From IMG/VR virus record IMGVR_UViG_3300045199_000074: a DNA stretch of 64,000 nt, one strand, 5' to 3'. The position numbers were made by a program, and so were the translations under genes. How positions within the stretch are numbered: the first letter of the stretch is position 1; the number at the start of each line of letters is the position of its first letter. The DNA is from a virus. Below the pieces are notes generated by a model. It saw only the letters and a program-made list of their open reading frames with translations. It had not been told where the DNA came from and did no database searches. Positions 57,932 to 64,000 of the stretch are shown piece after piece.

Positions 57932-58645
57932 TTATTTAATTTTAGCGGCCTGTCTTAAAGCTTTTATCGCTTCCTGAACCATGGCTTCTGTAATATTACC
58001 ATTGAGTGCTTGGACTTTATCTCCTACTGCAATAACAATTGCAGGCTGAGACGCCAAACCAGTTTTCTTTGCTAGTTCATTGTTCGCTCTTATATTGTTT
58101 AAAGCAGTAGGGGTATCAAGTGAAAGTGGTTGCACTTTTATATCATTTAAGGCCTTCAAGCGAGTTTCGGGTTGAATTCCTTGATTGAGATATGTGGCTC
58201 TTAAATGTGTCCAATCCCCACCTATCGCATTAACCGCAATAATTTCGTTGGCAGCTTGAACGGCTAAAACACCACCTGATCTCGGCAGGTCATGATGAAC
58301 CACACCAACACCTTTATCATTGGATGCAATTTTATCGATAGTTCTAGACACTGCGTTGCATGGCTCACATCCGTAATCTGGAAATTCAAATATAGTGACA
58401 TCGCCCGATGGGTTTCCAGACATTGGTGTTGGAAACTTGGCTTCAACTACTGAAGATTGAGCCTTTTCTCTCCAATTCATTATTGCCTCCACCAATTCTG
58501 ATGGATTGTTCTTAAAATGATCAATAACTTCTTCGACAATAAGAGTTCTGTCTTCGTCAGAAAGCTTTGACATCTCAGTAGCATTGGTTGCACTTGCTGA
58601 AAAAAAGGCTAGCGAAATTGCGATGACAGATGTTAGAATTTTCAT
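57932..58645 (-). CDS. DsbA/Com1-like thioredoxin-fold exported protein
   Basis: signal peptide, GNPSGDVTIFEFPDYGCEPC. Confidence 0.85.
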   Translation of the reverse strand: MKILTSVIAISLAFFSASATNATEMSKLSDEDRTLIVEEVIDHFKNNPSELVEAIMNWREKAQSSVVEAKFPTPMSGNPSGDVTIFEFPDYGCEPCNAVSRTIDKIASNDKGVGVVHHDLPRSGGVLAVQAANEIIAVNAIGGDWTHLRATYLNQGIQPETRLKALNDIKVQPLSLDTPTALNNIRANNELAKKTGLASQPAIVIAVGDKVQALNGNITEAMVQEAIKALRQAAKIK

Positions 58646-58714
58646 AATTTAACTCCTTTAATTGACCTAATGCATACCTATATGACGTGTCGTCAATATT
58701 TTTTAAGGTGCGGA

Positions 58715-59659
58715 ATGAATTTTTATTATATACTAGGTTTAAATCCAGGCGCATCCAAGAAGGAAATTATCGCTGCATATCGTAAAAAAGCGAAAGAATA
58801 CCACCCCGATATAAACGGAAACGATCCCAGTTTAAAGCGTAAATTTACAGAACTCCATGAAGCATACAAGCATCTGCTGGATAATATCGACAACCCTCTT
58901 GGCCAGATCAGACCCACATTCTCTGAAAATTTGAAGGCAACCAGATTAAATTCTATTAAAGAAATAAAACTTACGCTCAACGAAGCAATAAATGGCATCC
59001 ATTATAAGATAGACGATGCCAATAGCATTTGTGACACCTGTAATGGTGATGGACATATACGCCTTAAAGAACCTGCAGCTTGTCCTTATTGTGGTGGTAC
59101 TGGAAACTCAGCCCATAAGAACAGAGGGGTGCTTAGCATCAACATAGTCTGCATCCATTGTGATGGAAGCGGTAAGACGATGCGTCGGAAATGTTTTGAA
59201 TGCCATGGCTTTGGCACAAAAGCAGGTGGTGGCTTGATAGTTGATCTTCCAGCAGGGTGCTTGGTTGGTGATAGCTTTGTGATTGAGAACGGCTTCTCCA
59301 ATCGGGAAAACAATGTAAAGGGAGACCTGGAACTCTTAATTGCAATAAAGTCTGAACCAGGGTTCCGGGTGTTGGGAAAGGACATCGAGATGCAGGTTTA
59401 CGTCGATGTCTGGGACGCCGTATTAGGAGGCAGTAAGGAGATTTATGGTCCAGGGGGGAATCTACATAAATTGTCTATACCAGCTGGAACTAGTCACGGT
59501 CGACGCATTCGACTGAAAAATATAGGTATGAGGCAGAAAACAGAAGATGCAGAGAAGGGTGACCTTATTATTGTTGTTTGTATTAAAATTCCGAATGTAG
59601 AAAACCCAAAAATTAAGGAGGCATTTACACGCCTCCGAAAAGAATTGAATAACAATTAG
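58715..59659 (+). CDS. DnaJ-family chaperone
   Basis: J domain with HPD, four CxxCxGxG repeats, C-terminal domain. Confidence 0.92.
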   Translation: MNFYYILGLNPGASKKEIIAAYRKKAKEYHPDINGNDPSLKRKFTELHEAYKHLLDNIDNPLGQIRPTFSENLKATRLNSIKEIKLTLNEAINGIHYKIDDANSICDTCNGDGHIRLKEPAACPYCGGTGNSAHKNRGVLSINIVCIHCDGSGKTMRRKCFECHGFGTKAGGGLIVDLPAGCLVGDSFVIENGFSNRENNVKGDLELLIAIKSEPGFRVLGKDIEMQVYVDVWDAVLGGSKEIYGPGGNLHKLSIPAGTSHGRRIRLKNIGMRQKTEDAEKGDLIIVVCIKIPNVENPKIKEAFTRLRKELNNN

Positions 59660-59670
59660 TCTTATTTGTA

Positions 59671-60378
59671 TTATCTGTTTCCTGTAAGATTTAAAATTGA
59701 CCTGAACAGGTTGATTATATTGAGATACAGATTGATAGCGAAAAGATATTTTAGCTTCTCTTTTTCGTCTGCAGGAAGATTTAGTCCGTAAGTAGCTTTC
59801 AGATCTTGTGTTTCCCAAGCAGTGAGACCCGTAAAAATTACGACAGCGATACAGGAAAGTGCAAAGTCGAGCGCAGATGAATGTAGAAAAATATTAACTA
59901 CAGATGCAGCGATGAGACCAATAAGGCCCATAACCATAAATGATCCCATGCTCGCCAGGCTTTTCTTTGTCGTGTATCCATATAGACTAGCTCCTAGGAA
60001 TGTAACAATGGTGGCAAGTGCGGCATTAATAACCGATGCTCCAGTGTAAATCATAGTTGTAACGGCCAAAGATGGCCCAAGCAGGATAACCAGGCTCCAA
60101 AAGACAGTTTTAGTCGATGCAAGAGATTTTCCAATCGCTCCGAACATGAACAGAAGCAGGATAGCTAATGGTGCAAATGACACCACGGTTCCTAAGCCTG
60201 TATATGCACCTTCTGGAGTGATAAATAAGCCCATTAAACTCGTGCTTGCCACGACACCTCCAGTAAGCGCCGTTGCTATCAGTCCCTGTGTAACGAGAGA
60301 ATAGGTTGAAATCATATGATTTCTAAGCCCTTCATCGTAAAAATACGCCTCAGCATACTGCTTTTCAGAATTCGCCAT
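59671..60378 (-). CDS. Bax inhibitor-1/YccA family membrane protein
   Basis: DEGLR, seven TMs, YGYTTKK, GLTAWETQ. Confidence 0.9.
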   Translation of the reverse strand: MANSEKQYAEAYFYDEGLRNHMISTYSLVTQGLIATALTGGVVASTSLMGLFITPEGAYTGLGTVVSFAPLAILLLFMFGAIGKSLASTKTVFWSLVILLGPSLAVTTMIYTGASVINAALATIVTFLGASLYGYTTKKSLASMGSFMVMGLIGLIAASVVNIFLHSSALDFALSCIAVVIFTGLTAWETQDLKATYGLNLPADEKEKLKYLFAINLYLNIINLFRSILNLTGNR

Positions 60379-60445
60379 ATTTGACCTCCAATTTATTTAA
60401 AAGAATAATGGACATTTAATATAACAAATTAAGGTAATCAAGTCC

Positions 60446-61090
60446 ATGAATCGATTTTTATATGCAGTAATGTTTTCACAATTTGCATTTATTTTCGCGG
60501 CAAACGCTTCTGAATGCTCCCCTGTCTCTCCGAAAGTGAACGTAGGTCAATTATATTCCGGTTATAAAATCGACAGGTCCTTAACTGGTAAGTCGCTAGA
60601 GAAACTTGGCAACAAAGATGTCGGCGTGAATGGAGAAATGATGGGCCTAACTGTAAGTGGTCTCGTCTATTCGTTGCAATTGTCGACATCAGTGATGAAC
60701 AAAGGAAATTCCTATTGCGGAACAGTAAATGTCGTTGATGTGAAATTTGGTGCTGACAAACCTGTTGATGTTTATATATCGTCAAATATTCCAGTAGGTT
60801 CATGCGATGATCGCGTTACTGTTCAACACGAATTGCAGCATGTCTCGTTTATTGAGCAAGCGATTATAAGTGGTAGTTCGAAAATTAAGACGTCTATTTA
60901 TGATTATATGAAGGGGCAAACCTTTTCTGGATCAAGCCAAAATAGTGTCGTTTCTCAGGCAAAACATATGCTGACAGCGATTATAGATCGCGAACTGGCA
61001 ATCGTAACAAAAGAGATGAATGCCAGGCATGCCTCTATTGATACACCAGAGGCCTATTTAAAGACCTCGTCAATTTGTCGTCGGCTATAA
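60446..61090 (+). CDS. exported protein with HExxH motif
   Basis: signal peptide; HELQH. Confidence 0.7.
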   Translation: MNRFLYAVMFSQFAFIFAANASECSPVSPKVNVGQLYSGYKIDRSLTGKSLEKLGNKDVGVNGEMMGLTVSGLVYSLQLSTSVMNKGNSYCGTVNVVDVKFGADKPVDVYISSNIPVGSCDDRVTVQHELQHVSFIEQAIISGSSKIKTSIYDYMKGQTFSGSSQNSVVSQAKHMLTAIIDRELAIVTKEMNARHASIDTPEAYLKTSSICRRL

Positions 61091-61122
61091 GACCTGTGTT
61101 ACAGGTCTTACTCGAATTTTCA

Positions 61123-61761
61123 TCAAGGCTTAGGGCCAGCGTCGTCTTCGTTTGTTCTAGCTTCCAGTTCCGCAACTTTGATGTCAGCGCCATTTGTTTT
61201 ATCCATGGAGCAAACATCACTAACAGTTGAATGATATTCAGGCCCCGATAGTGAGTAATGAGTTGGAAGCGTATTGATAAACGCCTCTTTTTTGGATGTG
61301 TAAGGCCCTAAATCGTCTTCTTCATTTCCATCTTGACGTACTTTATAACCAGATACAGTCCGATAAATACCATGGCCTGCGGAATTATAAAGGCCATCAT
61401 TTGGTTTCGCATCTTCTCTGGTTTTCGCCACTTTCGAAGGATTTTCAATCTCTAATTCGTCGAGATAGTCTTGCCAGGCTTCATTGATGCGGCTGAGAAT
61501 ATGATTCACTATATGAGGTTCCAAGTCGCCTAGCGCCAAGTCAACTTCTTCACCATCATCAACTCTGGTGCTTAAGGCTTCAACATCAATACCTTCTCCA
61601 GATTGCGAAAACCCTATCGGACTTGATGGATTCCCAGATAGTCCATAATAATCGCCGTCACTAAACACGATTGTGTACCGATCAATCGTTGCCCCGCCAT
61701 TATCGGTTATCCGGAATAGGTATTCACCTAAATCTTCTGGTTTCTCAAATAGTTTAGCCAT
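61123..61761 (-). CDS. hypothetical protein
   Basis: 212-aa acidic ORF. Confidence 0.75.
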   Translation of the reverse strand: MAKLFEKPEDLGEYLFRITDNGGATIDRYTIVFSDGDYYGLSGNPSSPIGFSQSGEGIDVEALSTRVDDGEEVDLALGDLEPHIVNHILSRINEAWQDYLDELEIENPSKVAKTREDAKPNDGLYNSAGHGIYRTVSGYKVRQDGNEEDDLGPYTSKKEAFINTLPTHYSLSGPEYHSTVSDVCSMDKTNGADIKVAELEARTNEDDAGPKP

Positions 61762-61813
61762 ATTTTATACTCTTGTATTGATAACATAAATCTATTCTAT
61801 TTGGATGCAAAAT

Positions 61814-62218
61814 TCAATTTGAGGCTTTTGTAAGCAATAAATGTATTCCTTGTTCAACTAGCCTCTCAATATTAATGCCCATTTCTCCTTTGAGGCGGGC
61901 CACCCTTTCTACATCTCTTTTTTCATACCAGCCAGCGAGCCTTATTTTCCCATTTCTTGATTTAGCAATTTTTTCTGAATCACTTGCTTTCGCAACTGAC
62001 CTTTTTCGATTGATGATACGTACTCGCGATACTTTTAATAGCGGAGGCCTGCCATAAAAATCAGCCGACGCATTTATAGCTTCGGCAATGAATTCCTGGA
62101 GCGTGATGTTCATTAGCTTTCTTAATCGTTGAGCTTTTTCTGCAAGTTCCTCATCGATAAATGCTATTATTTGCATTTTATTTACCCTGCTCGGTGGGCG
62201 CGTCATTGGGGCTAGCAT
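61814..62218 (-). CDS. ribbon-helix-helix-like protein (tentative)
   Basis: IIAFIDEELAEK....TLQEFIAEAIN pattern. Confidence 0.5.
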   Translation of the reverse strand: MLAPMTRPPSRVNKMQIIAFIDEELAEKAQRLRKLMNITLQEFIAEAINASADFYGRPPLLKVSRVRIINRKRSVAKASDSEKIAKSRNGKIRLAGWYEKRDVERVARLKGEMGINIERLVEQGIHLLLTKASN

Positions 62219-62343
62219 GTAAACACCTTTTTAAAAGCAGGATATTTCCCATATTTAAAATGGTCAATCGGTTAATAATTTTCCGAATTATTATAGACAT
62301 TAGTGCCGATTAATGACCTCCTAGATATATTAATGGAGGTTTT

Positions 62344-63843
62344 ATGTTTTATTCAGATTTTTATGCTGGCGGTGGAGGCTGGTCTCTTGGATTAACTTTG
62401 GCAGGTTTAAATCAAGTTATGTCTGCTGAGATATGGCCAATTGCAAATCGAACCAGAGAATGGAATTTTGGAACCAGTGAGGCTGAGATTGATATACGTA
62501 GATTATCTCCAGCTTCTGTTCCTGATTGTGATTTAATCGTTGGCAGTCCACCATGCACGCAGTTTTCATACGCGAATAAAGGTGGGAACGGGGATCTCTC
62601 GGATGGTATGGTTGATGTTCGTTCATTCCTTCAAATCATTCGAGAAAAACAACCCAGATATTGGGTTATGGAGAATGTTCCGAGACTTGCAGAAATTTTG
62701 ATTTCCGAGTTGAAAGTTGGCGGATCTCTAGCTGAATTTGCTGATTTGTTCTCATCAATTGATGTTTTTGATATGTCTGATTGGGGAGTACCCCAACGTC
62801 GAAAGCGTTGTATAGCTGGTCGATATCCTCGTGAAGAGCTATTGGCTTTACGTGGTAGGCGGTCTCCAACCCTTGCAGAGGTAGTTGCGGGGTGTTCTGA
62901 CGGTTATGATACCGTATGGGGCCATCATTACGTAGACGTTACAGATAACAGCCCTGGTCTTTCTCTTTCTTGGGAAGAGGAACGCATCAATCGTGAGAAA
63001 AAACAGAACCATCCAATCTACAATGATATGGCGTTCCCTGATAACCCTGATAAAACTGCTCGTACGATCACTGCAACATGTACAAAAGTGTCGCGCGAAA
63101 GTATTGTCGTTCCAGATGGCTCAGGTGGATACCGTCTTTTGACGGCTAGAGAAATGGCAGCTGTACAATCTTTCCCTTTATCATATCAGTTTCCGGCAAA
63201 AGGGCAGAATGATCGAGTCAAAATGGCTGGCAATGCCATTCCACCGCTGTTTACATATATGGTCGGTTTAGCGGTGCGTGGATTGAAATTGCCAGACCAA
63301 CTACCCAAGTTCACTCCACTAAACGGGAAGGCTTCTTTTGCGTCGTCTGTCCGTCCGATCTCTAAAAATATGAGGAGTGACAGGTCTTTTCGAGCTTCAA
63401 TAGCTGAACTGCGTTTTAAAAGTGGTATGTCCTTCGAGATTAATAATTCAGAAGGTCAATGGAAGATGGTCTTTAATCAAGGCGGTCCTGGGCGAATTCT
63501 ATCTCTTTCTGTTTTGGAAATTTCAACCATAGTCGGTTACTTGTCCGATGAATATATGGATGTAATTCCATCATTTACATCAGAAAACATTCAAAATGCA
63601 TGGGATAACTCATTGGCTGAGAGCTGTCATCCATATATGGTTATAGACGCAATTAGCAGTCTAATTTCAGGGATGGCTCTTAATCAATCTCAAAGCATTG
63701 AACTTGTTCATCAAGCTTATGCAATAAAAGGTATTTCAACCCCGAACAAAGCCATCTTGAATTATAACTTGATTGCATCAGGATTGATCTTGGCTGATGC
63801 ATTCAATCGCAAAATTAGAAATACCACATCAAAATCAAATTAG
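62344..63843 (+). CDS. C5-cytosine DNA methyltransferase
   Basis: DFYAGGGG, GSPPC, ENV, PQRRKR, QSFP, GNAIPP. Confidence 0.93.
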   Translation: MFYSDFYAGGGGWSLGLTLAGLNQVMSAEIWPIANRTREWNFGTSEAEIDIRRLSPASVPDCDLIVGSPPCTQFSYANKGGNGDLSDGMVDVRSFLQIIREKQPRYWVMENVPRLAEILISELKVGGSLAEFADLFSSIDVFDMSDWGVPQRRKRCIAGRYPREELLALRGRRSPTLAEVVAGCSDGYDTVWGHHYVDVTDNSPGLSLSWEEERINREKKQNHPIYNDMAFPDNPDKTARTITATCTKVSRESIVVPDGSGGYRLLTAREMAAVQSFPLSYQFPAKGQNDRVKMAGNAIPPLFTYMVGLAVRGLKLPDQLPKFTPLNGKASFASSVRPISKNMRSDRSFRASIAELRFKSGMSFEINNSEGQWKMVFNQGGPGRILSLSVLEISTIVGYLSDEYMDVIPSFTSENIQNAWDNSLAESCHPYMVIDAISSLISGMALNQSQSIELVHQAYAIKGISTPNKAILNYNLIASGLILADAFNRKIRNTTSKSN

Positions 63844-63853
63844 ATGTGGTATT

Positions 63854-64000
63854 TCAAGCTTTATTACTCACCCATACCCTTAATGTATTTATGCTCTGGC
63901 TTCCGATTTTGGTGTCGATAATGTCACCGTCAACAGTCAACATTAGTGTTGGTATCGATTTAATCCCAAAACGAACAGCGAGTTCCTGATTTTGATCGAT
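63854..64000 (-). CDS. thioredoxin, C-terminal part (runs off the window end)
   Basis: IDQNQELAVRFGIKSIPTLML..DG; not in the ORF track. Confidence 0.8.
   Translation of the reverse strand: MDQNQELAVRFGIKSIPTLMLTVDGDIIDTKIGSQSINTLRVWVSNKA

Noticed and set aside
62344-63843. Complete restriction-modification system
   Set aside because: No adjacent endonuclease; neighbours are an RHH-like gene and thioredoxin, so it is treated as an orphan methylase.

Overview
This 64 kb window looks like part of a very large extrachromosomal element of an alphaproteobacterial (Rhizobiales-like) host, most likely a conjugative megaplasmid with a Dot/Icm-type (type IVB) transfer system: it carries DotA/TraY-, IcmV/TraX- and DotB-like genes and no phage structural genes. 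It encodes replication, repair and nucleotide genes (dnaE, dnaQ, two UvrD helicases, RecD2, recA, mutL, rusA, rnhA, SbcD and a circularly permuted SbcC, thyA-folA-dut), host-like regulators (MucR, LdtR-like MarR, RpoH-like sigma, HD-GYP), envelope/redox genes, and a tRNA-maintenance kit (CCA-adding enzyme, Pnkp-RNA ligase, Thg1-like polymerase). There are 19 tRNA genes in three minus-strand clusters sorted by amino acid: Asn/Val/Gly/Ala/Met/Ile/Thr at 13.3-15.6 kb, Glu/Asp at 23.2-23.4 kb and Lys at 40.2-40.3 kb. Main finding: each cluster is preceded by a short leader ORF (missed by the ORF track) whose codons match the tRNAs downstream, followed by an intrinsic terminator with a mutually exclusive antiterminator. 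These look like ribosome-mediated attenuators that would switch on replacement tRNAs when the cognate tRNAs run short. All three clusters also share an internal sigma70-type promoter with a TAA-N4-TTGAAA motif exactly 26 nt upstream of the -35 box. The large cluster has rRNA-type boxA sites and several unexplained structured or tRNA-like RNAs. All calls were made by eye; no database search or folding program was run.
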